DNA of 64,000 bases from Alphaproteobacteria bacterium (GTDB lineage: Bacteria > Pseudomonadota > Alphaproteobacteria > MPNO01): assembly GCA_965248835.1 (NCBI GenBank), contig CBDFLJ010000002.1:864001-928000 (forward strand). Direction: 5' to 3'. Every line of letters begins with the position of its first letter. The first letter of the stretch is position 1. Below, one piece after another: positions 19,369 through 30,534 of this stretch. The notes below the pieces were generated by a model, which searched no databases, was not told the DNA's origin, and saw only the letters and a list, made by a program, of their open reading frames with translations. A program made the translations under genes and the position numbers.

Positions 19369-21411
19369 ATGTCCGCGCGTTTCGTCATCGGCGTCGATGT
19401 CGGCGGCACGTTCACCGACATCGTGTGCCTGGATTCGCAGACCCAAGCGCTGCTCTCCGCCAAGGTGCCCTCGCTGCCGGGCAGCCAGTGGCGCGGGGTG
19501 CTCAATGCGCTGGGCGAGCTCGGCATCGATAGCGCGGAGATCCGCGCCTTCGTCCACGGCACGACGATTGCGACCAACGCGCTCCTGGAGCGCAAGGGCG
19601 CCAAGACCGCGCTGGTGACCACCGAGGGCTTCCGCGACACGCTCGAGATCGGCCGCACGCGGCGGCTGATCGGTGGGCTGTTCGACATCAAGTTCACCCG
19701 GCCCAAGCCTTTGGTGCCGCGCGACCTCAGGCTCGAAGTGGCTGAACGGACGGCGGCCGACGGCACGCTGATCGCCGAGACCGAGGACGCCGCGCTCGCC
19801 GCCATCGCCGCACGGATCCGGGAGGCGGGCTGTGAAGCGGTCGCGGTCTGCTTCCTCAACGCCTATGCCAATGACGCGAACGAGCGCGCCGCCGGCGCGG
19901 CCTTGCGGGCGGCGCTCGATGGGATTCCGGTCTCGGAGTCCGCTGCCGTCGTCCGCGAGAAGGGCGAGTTCGAGCGGTTTTCGACCTGTGTGCTCAACGC
20001 CTATCTGACGCCGATCCTGCGCCGCTATCTCGAAACCCTGAGCGGAGAGCTGGAAGCCCGGGGGGTCGCGGCTCCGGTCAGCATCATGGGCTCGAACGGC
20101 GGGGTGATGACGCTCGCCAAGGCGGCCGAGTTCGCCGCCGGCACCTTCCTGTCCGGGCCGGTCGGCGGTGCCGGCGGCGCGGTCCGGATCTGCGAGATGG
20201 CCGGCATTCCCGGCTGCATCACCTTCGACATGGGCGGCACCTCGACCGATGTCGCGCTGATCGATCGGCTCACCCCCAGGATCAGCCATGCCAACCAGAT
20301 CGACGCCTATCCGCTCCAGGTCCCTCAGCTCGACATCCACACCATCGGCGCGGGCGGCGGCAGCATCGCCTGGGTGCAGGCGGACGGCACGCTCGAGGTC
20401 GGCCCGCGGAGCGCCGGTGCGCTGCCGGGGCCGGCGTGCTACCAGCGCGGCGGGACCGAGCCGACGATCTCCGATGCCAACCTGCTGCTCGGCCGGCTGC
20501 CGACCGACCGCGCGCTGGCCGGCAACCTGCTTCTGTCGGTTTCGCCGGCCGAGGAGGCCTTCACGCGGCTCGCCGGGCAAATTCAGGGTGGCCGCGACCT
20601 TGTCGCCCTTGCCGACGGCGTCCTCGGCATCGCGGTCGCCAAGATGGCCGGGGCGGTGCGCGAGGTCTCGGTTCACCGCGGCTTCGACCCCCGCGACTTC
20701 GCGCTTCTGGGCTTCGGCGGCGCCGGGCCGATGCACGTCTTCCTGGTCGCCGAGGAGCTGGCAATCAGCCACGTCCTGATCCCGCGCTTTCCCGGCCACC
20801 TGTCGGCGCTCGGCCAGCTTCTCGCCGACCTGCGGCGCGATTTCGTGCGCAGCTGGGGCGGGCGGCTGTCGGGACTCGCCACCGCAGACTTCCAGGCCGA
20901 GGCGGCTTCGATGCGCGCACAGGCCGAGGCGCTGCTGGAAGAGGACGGCTTTGCCCGCGACCGCCACGCCCATGCCTTCAGCCTGGACATGCGCTATGTC
21001 GGCCAGTCCTACACGCTCTCGGTGGCGTGCGATCCCGCGACCGCCGCATGGCAGGACGTCCGCAAGGCCTTCGGGGCGCGCCACGCCCAGACCTTCGGCC
21101 ATGACGACACCGAATCCGATGTCGAGATCGTTAACATCCGGCTGGTCTCGCGCGGGTTGATCGACAAGCCCGGCCTTGCCTTCCGGCCGGAGCGCTCCGG
21201 CGATCCGATCATCGAGCGCCGGCCGGTCTGGTTCGGCGGCGCGCGGGTGGATTGTCCGATCTATGACCGCGCAGCGATGCCGGCCGGGTTCACGCTGGAA
21301 GGGCCGGCGATCATCGAGGAGGCCGGCGGCACCTCGGTCGTCCCGCCGCGCTGGCAGGTGACGGTCCACGGCTCCGGCGCGCTCGATTGCCGGTTGCCGG
21401 CCGATGAGTGA
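19369..21411 (+). CDS. Hydantoinase A/oxoprolinase-family ATP-binding subunit
   Basis: GVDVGGTFTD, HGTT.ATNALLERKG, SGP.GG, DMGGTSTD, GAGGGSIA, FGGAG. Confidence 0.92.
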   Translation: MSARFVIGVDVGGTFTDIVCLDSQTQALLSAKVPSLPGSQWRGVLNALGELGIDSAEIRAFVHGTTIATNALLERKGAKTALVTTEGFRDTLEIGRTRRLIGGLFDIKFTRPKPLVPRDLRLEVAERTAADGTLIAETEDAALAAIAARIREAGCEAVAVCFLNAYANDANERAAGAALRAALDGIPVSESAAVVREKGEFERFSTCVLNAYLTPILRRYLETLSGELEARGVAAPVSIMGSNGGVMTLAKAAEFAAGTFLSGPVGGAGGAVRICEMAGIPGCITFDMGGTSTDVALIDRLTPRISHANQIDAYPLQVPQLDIHTIGAGGGSIAWVQADGTLEVGPRSAGALPGPACYQRGGTEPTISDANLLLGRLPTDRALAGNLLLSVSPAEEAFTRLAGQIQGGRDLVALADGVLGIAVAKMAGAVREVSVHRGFDPRDFALLGFGGAGPMHVFLVAEELAISHVLIPRFPGHLSALGQLLADLRRDFVRSWGGRLSGLATADFQAEAASMRAQAEALLEEDGFARDRHAHAFSLDMRYVGQSYTLSVACDPATAAWQDVRKAFGARHAQTFGHDDTESDVEIVNIRLVSRGLIDKPGLAFRPERSGDPIIERRPVWFGGARVDCPIYDRAAMPAGFTLEGPAIIEEAGGTSVVPPRWQVTVHGSGALDCRLPADE

Positions 21412-21431
21412 GCCGGGCATTATGACGGCAT

Positions 21432-22796
21432 ATGATCAGTGCGAGGATTCGAGGAATGGCACCGGCTGATACGGTAATCGAAGCGGCCGCCGCCGAGGCC
21501 GAACGGCCCGGCGCGATGAGCCAGGCCGCGTATTTCGAGATCGCCGAACGGGTTCTGCCGGGCGGCGCCTTCGGCAGCTATGCCTTGCCCGAGGACGTGC
21601 GTCTGGTCATCCACCGGGGTGCCGGCTCGCGCATTCAGGATGCCGACGGGCGCTGGTATATCGACTATGTCGGCGGTGCCGGCGCGCTGATCCTGGGCCA
21701 CGCCCATCCGGCGATCGTCGAGGCCGCCCAGGCCCAGGTGGCCAACGGGATGCACTTCTTCGGCACCGTGCACGAGCCGGTGCTCGCGCTGGCGAATATC
21801 CTGATCGATGTCATTCCGTGCGCCGAGAAGATGTGTTTCGCGACCACCGGGTCGGAGGCGACGGCCTATGCCTTGCGCCTGGCGCGGGCCTTTACCGGGC
21901 GCGACAAGATCCTGAAATTCGAGGGCGGCTTTCACGGCAACCACGACTATGGGAATTTCTCGGTTTCCCCGTCCGCGGTATCCAACTACCCGCAGGGCCG
22001 CCCCGATTCCGGCGGCATGCCGCGCGCGCTGCACGATACCGTCCTGGTCGCGCCGTTCAACAACCTCGACACCGTGCGCCGCATCGTCGAGGCGCACCGC
22101 GCCGATCTCGCCGCTATCATCGTCGAGCCGGTCCAGCGGATCATCTTCCCTCTGCCCGATTTCCTGCCCGGCCTGCGCAAGATCTGCGACGACAACGACG
22201 TGCTGCTGATCTTCGACGAGGTGGTCACCGGCTTCCGGCTGGCGCTCGGCGGCGCCCAGGCGTATTTCGGGGTCAAGCCCGATATGGCGAGCTACGGCAA
22301 GATCGTCGGCGGCGGCGGGTCGCTGTCGTGTGTCGCCGGCCGCGCCGACATTATCGCGCTGGCCGATCCGGCCAACCGGGGGCGCCCGGACTACGCCTAT
22401 GTCAACGGCACGCTGCACGGCAACCCGGTGGCCGCGGCCGCAGGCATCGCCTCGATGATCGAGCTCGGCAGGCAGGGGGTCTACCAGCGCCTGCACAGCA
22501 CGAGCGCTTCCTTCCTCAAGGACTGCCAGGCCGTGCTCGACAGGCACCGCCTGCCGGCGATCGTCACCGGCGAAGCCTCGCTGTGGCAGATCCTGTTCAT
22601 GGACAGGCCGCCGGTCAGCCATGCCGACGTGATGGGCTCGGACGGCGCGGCAAGCCGCAGGCTGGACATGGCGATGCTGCGCAACGGGATCTACGTGCTG
22701 CCCAATGTCCGCCGATTCACCTCCCTCGTCCATGACGAGACGGACTACGAGCAGACGCTCAAGGCGCTCGATGGATCGTGCCGCGCCGTCGCCTGA
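21432..22796 (+). CDS. Class III PLP aminotransferase (GSA-aminomutase-like); start may be at about 21517
   Basis: D.DG..YIDY, GSEAT, KFEG.FHG, IVEP, LIFDEVVTGFR, GKIVGGG. Confidence 0.88.
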   Translation: MISARIRGMAPADTVIEAAAAEAERPGAMSQAAYFEIAERVLPGGAFGSYALPEDVRLVIHRGAGSRIQDADGRWYIDYVGGAGALILGHAHPAIVEAAQAQVANGMHFFGTVHEPVLALANILIDVIPCAEKMCFATTGSEATAYALRLARAFTGRDKILKFEGGFHGNHDYGNFSVSPSAVSNYPQGRPDSGGMPRALHDTVLVAPFNNLDTVRRIVEAHRADLAAIIVEPVQRIIFPLPDFLPGLRKICDDNDVLLIFDEVVTGFRLALGGAQAYFGVKPDMASYGKIVGGGGSLSCVAGRADIIALADPANRGRPDYAYVNGTLHGNPVAAAAGIASMIELGRQGVYQRLHSTSASFLKDCQAVLDRHRLPAIVTGEASLWQILFMDRPPVSHADVMGSDGAASRRLDMAMLRNGIYVLPNVRRFTSLVHDETDYEQTLKALDGSCRAVA

Positions 22797-23467
22797 TGGC
22801 GGGATCGCTCAAGGGCCAGGCCGTTCTGTTCTCCGAGATGACGCCCGCACCGGGCGACGAGGCGCGGTTCAACGACTGGTACGACAACCACCACACGCCG
22901 TCCCATGTCCAGGGCGTGCCGGGTTTCCTGAGCGCGCACCGCTACGCGGCGCCGGACGGGCCGGGATACTGCGCAGTCTACGAGCTCGACGACTCGGCGA
23001 CGCTGGAGACCGAGGAATACCGGTCGCGCAAATACACGCCCGATGAGCGGACCAGGGCCATGCTCGCCTCGGTCTCCGGCTTCACCCGCTATATCGGCAA
23101 GGAGATCGGCTTTCTTGGCGATCCGCAGACCGCGCTCGATGCCGAGATCCTGCTCGCGGTCTTCTTCGCGGTCCCCGACGACCGCCAGGCCGAGTTCCTC
23201 GACTGGTACGGCAACGAGCACGCGCCGATGCTGATCGAATGCCCGGGCTGGCTGATGGCGCGAACGATGGCGGTCATCGACCACAACCCGGATCCGTTCA
23301 CCCACATGATCCTGCACTATCACGCGCACGAACAGGTGCGGCGCGCGCCGGAGGCGGCCCGCGCCCACGACACCGAATGGCGCAAGCGCCTGGTCGCCGA
23401 GCCCTGGTACGCCCCGCGCTCGGTGATGTACCGCAAGCGCGGCACACGGTTCCTTAAATCCGGCTGA
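22796..23467 (+). CDS. Uncharacterised protein with two tandem EthD/dimeric alpha+beta-barrel-like domains
   Basis: FNDWY..HH...VPGF.SA.RY and FLDWY..EH......PGW repeat the same motif; translationally coupled (TGATG). Confidence 0.7.
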   Translation: MAGSLKGQAVLFSEMTPAPGDEARFNDWYDNHHTPSHVQGVPGFLSAHRYAAPDGPGYCAVYELDDSATLETEEYRSRKYTPDERTRAMLASVSGFTRYIGKEIGFLGDPQTALDAEILLAVFFAVPDDRQAEFLDWYGNEHAPMLIECPGWLMARTMAVIDHNPDPFTHMILHYHAHEQVRRAPEAARAHDTEWRKRLVAEPWYAPRSVMYRKRGTRFLKSG

Positions 23468-23493
23468 GGCCCCCCAAAAAGAGGAGTGATGAG

Positions 23494-23871
23494 ATGACCA
23501 CGCTATTCGAAGACGGGCTGGAGGTCCGCCGCGCCACGCTGGGCGCGCAATGGGTCGACCCGCAGCTCGAAAAAGCCAAGGCGGACGACTTCGTCAACAC
23601 GATCCAGAACCACGTCACCGAGTATTGCTGGGGCATGGTCTGGACGCGCGAGGGGCTCGACCGCAAGACCCGCTCGATGCTGACCCTGGCGATCCTGACC
23701 ACGCTCGGCAAGATGACCGAGCTGAAAGGCCACGTCCGCGGCGCCCTCAACAACGGCTGCACCGTTGAGGAGATCCGCGAGGTGCTGCTCCACGCGACCG
23801 TCTATGCCGGCATCCCGGCCGGCGTGGATGCGTTCCGCAACGCCAAGGAGGCGCTCGAAGCGCTGGAATAG
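23494..23871 (+). CDS. Carboxymuconolactone decarboxylase-family protein
   Basis: GLEVRR..LG, WG.VW.REGLDRKTRS, ELK.HV.GAL.NG.T.EEI.EVLL. Confidence 0.88.
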   Translation: MTTLFEDGLEVRRATLGAQWVDPQLEKAKADDFVNTIQNHVTEYCWGMVWTREGLDRKTRSMLTLAILTTLGKMTELKGHVRGALNNGCTVEEIREVLLHATVYAGIPAGVDAFRNAKEALEALE

Positions 23872-23956
23872 CGCCTGCTCCGGCCGTTGAAAGACGCGTC
23901 ATCGACAGGCACCCTTGGGCGGCTTCCACCCGCTCCGGGGATCTGGAGTTCGAAAG

Positions 23957-25437
<1,481 letters not shown>

Positions 25438-25441
<4 letters not shown>

Positions 25442-26412
25442 AAATGCGCATCGCCGGACGCCGAAGCGAGGGCCCGGGGCTCGCCTGGGTCTGGGGCCAG
25501 ATCCCGCTGCTCGCGCTGCTCGCGGTATGCCTGGCCGCCGCGATCATGTCCGAGCGCTTCCTGTCGCCGATCAACATCAACAATGTCCTCATGCAGGGCG
25601 CGGTGATGACGGTCATCGCGATCGGCATGACCTATGTAATCATCTGCGGCGGGTTCGACCTTTCGGTGGGTTCGGTGATCGCGCTGTCGGGCTGCGTGGC
25701 CGCTTCGGTGATGCTGGAGACCAACATCGTCTTCGGGATCGGCGCGGGGATCGCAGTCGGTGCCGCGGTCGGGCTGATCAACGGCCTGATCGTCACCCGG
25801 CTGGACGTCAATCCGTTCATTGCGACGCTGGCGACGATGGTTCTGTTCCGCGGCGCGACGCTGCTGTTCACCGACGGCCGGCCGGTCGTCGGTGAAGACG
25901 GGCTGCCCGAGCTTTTCATGGCGTTTGCGCTCGAACGGCTGTTCGGCGTGCCGTACCTGGTCTGGCTGCCGATCCTGATCTTCGGCGCCTTTCACTGGCT
26001 GCTTCATCACACGCCTTACGGGATCCGGGTGTTCGCCACCGGCGGCAACACCGAGGCTGCCTACCTCGCCGGGGTGGCCGTGGCGCGGGTGCGGGCGTCG
26101 GCCTATGTCTGGTGCGGCGCGCTTGCCGGTGTCGGCGGGGTGATGCTCGCCTCCCGCGTCCAGTCCGGACAGCCCACGGCCGGCTATTTCTATGAGCTGA
26201 CCGCGATCGCGGCCGTCGTGCTCGGCGGCGCGTCCTTGTTCGGCGGCGAGGGCAAGCTCTACAAATCGGTCATCGGCGTGTTCATCATGATCGTGCTTGC
26301 CAACGCGCTGAACCTCGCCGGTGTGCATTCCTACTGGCAGCAGGTCGCGGTCGGCCTGGTGCTGGTCGCCGCGGCCGCGGCCGACCGGCTGCGCCGGGGA
26401 AGCGCCGTTTGA
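25438..26412 (+). CDS. Sugar ABC permease (RbsC-type)
   Basis: GMT.VII.GGFDLSVGS, PFIATL, ELTAIAAVVLGG.SL.GG.G. Confidence 0.92.
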
Positions 26413-26463
26413 TCGGCGCACAGACGTGGTAGACTTGGCGGCAGATTCGCAGGGAGTCCTACG

Positions 26464-27381
26464 ATGAAAAAGCTGCTTCTGGCCGCCATTGCCTGCGCCG
26501 TGCCGTTCATGGCAAGCGGGCTTGCCGAGGCCAAGACCATCGGCGTCGCCCTCGCGTCTGACACCAACCCGTTCTACATCGCGATGCTCAAGGGCATAAA
26601 GATCCGCGGCAAGGCGCTGGGCTACGAGGTCACCGCGGTGACCGCCAACAACGATGCCGCCAAGCAGCTCGACGGGGTCAACGATCTGATCGCGCGCAAG
26701 GTCGACGGGATTCTCATCTCGCCGGTCGATGCCAAGGCGCTGTGCGGCGTCTACACCAGGGCTAAGGCCGCCGGCATCCCGATGATGTCGATCGCCCGCG
26801 GCTCGGCCTGCAAGGACCAGCTTCTGCACATCTCCGTCGACGAGATCCAGGTCGGCAGCGAGATCGCCGAATGGACCGCCAAGGCGATCGGCTACAAGGG
26901 CAAGGTCGCCATGCTCGCCGGGCCGGCCGGCGCCCAGGCCTTCCAAAACTTCGCCAAGGGCTATGAGGACGTGATGGCGAAGTACAAGGACATCGAGATC
27001 GCCTTCCGGCACGAGATGATCCTGACCCGCGAGAACGGGCTGAAATACGGCGAGGACGCGCTGGTCTCCCATCCCGACGTCAAGGCGATCTACGGCGCCA
27101 ACGACGAACTCGGCATGGGCGCGGCCCAGGCCGCCGCCGCCGCCGGCATGAAGGATAAGGTGATCGTGACCGGCATGAACGGCATCCCGCCGGCGGTCCG
27201 CGCGGTCAAGAAGGGCTCGATGGACCTGACCGTGGTGCTCAACCCGGTCCAGTGGGGCTTCCTCGGCGCGAATACCATGAACGCCTATCTGTCGGGCAAG
27301 ACGTTCGACCGCAAGGTGTTCGTCGGCCACGTGCTGGTCGACAAGACCAACGTGGACAAGTTCATCCGCAAGAAGAAATAG
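26464..27381 (+). CDS. Sugar ABC substrate-binding protein (RbsB-type)
   Basis: Signal peptide, NPFY, VDGILISP.D, AND..G.GA. Confidence 0.9.
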   Translation: MKKLLLAAIACAVPFMASGLAEAKTIGVALASDTNPFYIAMLKGIKIRGKALGYEVTAVTANNDAAKQLDGVNDLIARKVDGILISPVDAKALCGVYTRAKAAGIPMMSIARGSACKDQLLHISVDEIQVGSEIAEWTAKAIGYKGKVAMLAGPAGAQAFQNFAKGYEDVMAKYKDIEIAFRHEMILTRENGLKYGEDALVSHPDVKAIYGANDELGMGAAQAAAAAGMKDKVIVTGMNGIPPAVRAVKKGSMDLTVVLNPVQWGFLGANTMNAYLSGKTFDRKVFVGHVLVDKTNVDKFIRKKK

Positions 27382-27389
27382 GACGGGCG

Positions 27390-28424
27390 ATGGCCGGCTC
27401 CTCGGGCGCGGTCGAGCGCCCGGACGCAGATCTGATCGCCGCGCTGGAGCGGTCCAACGTCCACCCGCTGTGGACGCGCTACAAGGAGATCACCCCGGCC
27501 GAGCCCGGCGCGGCGGACGGCGCGATGCTGTGGCGCTGGCACGACCTCGCGCCGTTCACCGTGCGTGCCGCCAGGGAAGTGCCGATCGAGGATGTCGAGC
27601 GCCGGGCCCTGATCATGGTCAACCCGGCATTCGGCGGCCGGACCATGACGACCGCCAATCTGATCGCGGCCTTCACCGTTCTGGAGCCCGGCGACAAGGC
27701 GGTGCCGCACCGACATACCGCCGCGGCGATCCGGTTCTCCGCCGCGGCCGATGGCGCGGTCACCATCGTCAACGGCCGGCGCTGCGAGATGAAGAAGGGC
27801 GATCTGATCGTCACGCCGCCGATGTGCTGGCACGGCCACATCAACGAGTCCGATCACCGGACGGTCTGGTTCGATGCCGCCAATATCCCGCTGATCAACG
27901 ACCTTGACGTCAACTTCTTCGAGCCCGGCAGCCGGCAGGCCGACGATTTCTGGCAGGTCGACGAGGGCGAAGAGCGGCTTTGGGCATCGGCCGGGCTGGT
28001 CGCGCCTGCACTCCGGCACGACGGCCCGCACACGCCCAAATACCGCTATCCGGGGGCGGACACGCGGGCGATGCTGGACGCCGTGCCCGCCGGCCCCGAC
28101 GGGGCGCGCTGGATACGCTATGTCAACCCGCTGACCGGCGGCCCGGTGATGCCCTCGCTCGACTGCTACGCCGTGCGGATCGCAAAGGGTGCGCCGACGC
28201 GGGCACGGCGGACGACCTACAACGCCGTTTGCCTGGTGGTCTCCGGCGCCGGCCGGTCGGTCATCGGCGAGCGCGAATTCGACTGGTCGGAGAACGATGT
28301 CTTCTCGATCCCCCACTGGACCTGGGCGAGCCACGCGGCGGAGGGCGGCGCGGCCGACCTGTTCGTCGTCACCGACCGCGCCGTCCAGGAACACCTCGAT
28401 GTGGTCCGCGAGGAGTTGGCCTGA
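27390..28424 (+). CDS. Bicupin ring-cleaving dioxygenase (gentisate 1,2-dioxygenase-like)
   Basis: PLW, ERR.L...NP, HRHT..AIRF, TP..WH.H, Y.NP.TG..V.P. Confidence 0.85.
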   Translation: MAGSSGAVERPDADLIAALERSNVHPLWTRYKEITPAEPGAADGAMLWRWHDLAPFTVRAAREVPIEDVERRALIMVNPAFGGRTMTTANLIAAFTVLEPGDKAVPHRHTAAAIRFSAAADGAVTIVNGRRCEMKKGDLIVTPPMCWHGHINESDHRTVWFDAANIPLINDLDVNFFEPGSRQADDFWQVDEGEERLWASAGLVAPALRHDGPHTPKYRYPGADTRAMLDAVPAGPDGARWIRYVNPLTGGPVMPSLDCYAVRIAKGAPTRARRTTYNAVCLVVSGAGRSVIGEREFDWSENDVFSIPHWTWASHAAEGGAADLFVVTDRAVQEHLDVVREELA

Positions 28425-28459
28425 GACGGTCCTTCGGTCCTCATGAGGACCTGCAAGCG

Positions 28460-29290
28460 CTAATGCGCGCGCAACAGCCGGCCGCAGCCGGCAATCCGGT
28501 CCTCGATCCCGGCCGCGCGCAAGCAAGCCCAAAGGGTCGCCGAATTGCTGCTGATCACCGGCTTGCCCAGCGAGTCTTCGAGCGGCTCGATCATGTCGAT
28601 CGCGTTGAAATCGGTGCAGCAGATCAACAGCGCCTCGGCGTCCGGCCGGTCGACGGCGCTTGCATGCGCGTAGACCTCTGCCGGCGGCACCCGGGAAATC
28701 TTCTGGATGCCGGCGAGATCGGTGTTGAGCCCGAGCCCGGAAGCGGCAAGGACCGTGATCCCGTGCTCTTCCAGATAGTGCTTCTCGTGGGCGTTGGTGG
28801 CTGCGGTGTAAGGGGTCGCCATGGTGATCCGGCTCACCCCGAGCGCGCCCAGTGCGGCGAGAATCGCTCCGGCGGTCGAGACCGCGTCCACGCCGGCAGC
28901 CTGACGCAGCTTGCCGATCAGCCGGTCGGCCGGACAGGCCATCGAGCCCGACGTGCAGCCATAGGCGATCAGGTCGACTTTGCACGATGCGAGCGCGGTG
29001 CCGGCGGCGGCGAGATCGTCCATCATCTCGGCGAAATCATCGGCCGCCGGGTCGGCATGGAGCGGCGAGCGGGTGAAGTGGAACGTCACCCCGTCGGGCT
29101 TGAGCCGGTTGAACTCGGTCTCGTTGACCGTGTTGCTGGGCGGCACGATCACGCCGATGCGCGCGCGCCAGCCGCCCGGTCTTTTGTCGTTGAGCGATTC
29201 CACCGCGTCCTTCCCTTCCGATCCGAGCCCGAACAGTGCCAAGCGCGCGGCGGCCCGGCAAGGCCGGTTGACCGTGCGGCGGCCCGCCAT
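28460..29290 (-). CDS. Maleate cis-trans isomerase/arylmalonate decarboxylase-family protein (start may be GTG at about 29203)
   Basis: RIGVIVP.SNTV.E, YGCTSGS, TPY, CCTDF, GKPVISSN (two Cys). Confidence 0.85.
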   Translation of the reverse strand: MAGRRTVNRPCRAAARLALFGLGSEGKDAVESLNDKRPGGWRARIGVIVPPSNTVNETEFNRLKPDGVTFHFTRSPLHADPAADDFAEMMDDLAAAGTALASCKVDLIAYGCTSGSMACPADRLIGKLRQAAGVDAVSTAGAILAALGALGVSRITMATPYTAATNAHEKHYLEEHGITVLAASGLGLNTDLAGIQKISRVPPAEVYAHASAVDRPDAEALLICCTDFNAIDMIEPLEDSLGKPVISSNSATLWACLRAAGIEDRIAGCGRLLRAH

Positions 29291-29322
29291 ATCCTTTCGC
29301 GAACCCTGAGCAGGAGGATTCT

Positions 29323-30522
29323 ATGGCGGCGGACGATCGTGTCCTGATCGCGGGTGCCGGCCCGGTGGGCTGCGTGGCGGCGCTCCATCTGGCGCGCGCC
29401 GGGATCCCGGTGACCCTCGTCGAGGCCGAGGCCGACCTGCCGATGGACCTGCGCGCGTCGACCTTCCATCCGCCGACTCTGGACATGCTGGAGGATCTCG
29501 GCGTGGTCGCGCCGCTGATCGAGCAGGGAATCATCTGCCCGATCTGGCAGAACCGCGATTCGGTGCGCGGCGTCGTTGCCGAGTGGGACCTCGGCCTGCT
29601 GAAGGACGACTGCCGCTACCCCTATCGAGTCCAGGCCGAGCAATACAAGCTTACCGGCATCATCGTCGATGTTCTGCGCGGCATGCCGGAGGCCGAACTG
29701 CGATTCTCGACCCCCGCCGTCTCGGTCGCGCAGGACGCCGACCGGGTGCGCCTGCGGGTCGACGGGCCGGACGGTCCCGAGACGCTCTGCGGCCGTTACC
29801 TGATCGCCGCCGACGGGGCTTCCAGCGTCATCCGCATCGGGCTCGGCATCGACTTCCCCGGCCTGACGTTTCCCGAATTGTGGCTGTGCACCAGCACGGC
29901 GTTCGATTTCGCCCGACATTTCGACAATCTGGCGCCGATCGCCTATGTCGCCGATCCCGCGTTCTGGTTCGTGTTCGTCCGCGTCCCGGGCCTCTGGCGT
30001 CTGCTGATGCCGACGTTCCCTGGCGAGACCGCGGAAGGCCTGGTGAGGGATGCGACCGTCCAGGATCGCATGCATCGGGTCTGCCCGATCGAGGGCGACT
30101 ACGAGACCTATCACCGCACCGCTTACGCCGTGCACCAGCGTGTCGCCGAGACCTATCGCAAGGGTCGGGTGTTCCTGGCCGGCGACTCGGCCCACATCAA
30201 CAACCCGCTGGGCGGGATGGGCATGAACGGCGGCATCCACGATGCGGTCAACCTGTGCGAGAAGCTTGTCGCGGTCTGGCGCGGCGAAGCCGGGGAGCAC
30301 GCCTTCGAGCGCTACGACGCCCAGCGCCGCCCGATTGCGGTCGAGTACGTCCAGGCGACGACGCTGCGCAACAAAGCGCTGCTGGAGGAGAAGGACCCCG
30401 GGGTCCGGGCCAAGCGCCTCGATGACCTCAGCCGGACCGCCGAAGACCCGGTCAAGGCCCGCGCGTTCCTGCTCCAGTCCTCGATGATCAAGGCGCTGGA
30501 GCGCGCCGCGGCGCTCGGCTGA
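29323..30522 (+). CDS. FAD-dependent monooxygenase (MhpA-like group A)
   Basis: GAGPVG, AADGASS, GRVFLAGDSAH.N.P.GGMGMNGGIHDA. Confidence 0.9.
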   Translation: MAADDRVLIAGAGPVGCVAALHLARAGIPVTLVEAEADLPMDLRASTFHPPTLDMLEDLGVVAPLIEQGIICPIWQNRDSVRGVVAEWDLGLLKDDCRYPYRVQAEQYKLTGIIVDVLRGMPEAELRFSTPAVSVAQDADRVRLRVDGPDGPETLCGRYLIAADGASSVIRIGLGIDFPGLTFPELWLCTSTAFDFARHFDNLAPIAYVADPAFWFVFVRVPGLWRLLMPTFPGETAEGLVRDATVQDRMHRVCPIEGDYETYHRTAYAVHQRVAETYRKGRVFLAGDSAHINNPLGGMGMNGGIHDAVNLCEKLVAVWRGEAGEHAFERYDAQRRPIAVEYVQATTLRNKALLEEKDPGVRAKRLDDLSRTAEDPVKARAFLLQSSMIKALERAAALG

Positions 30523-30534
30523 GCGCTGCTCTCG

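Noticed and set aside
21432-22796. hemL
   Set aside because: It is GSA-aminomutase-like but sits in a catabolic operon with no tetrapyrrole genes and looks divergent, so it was left at family level.
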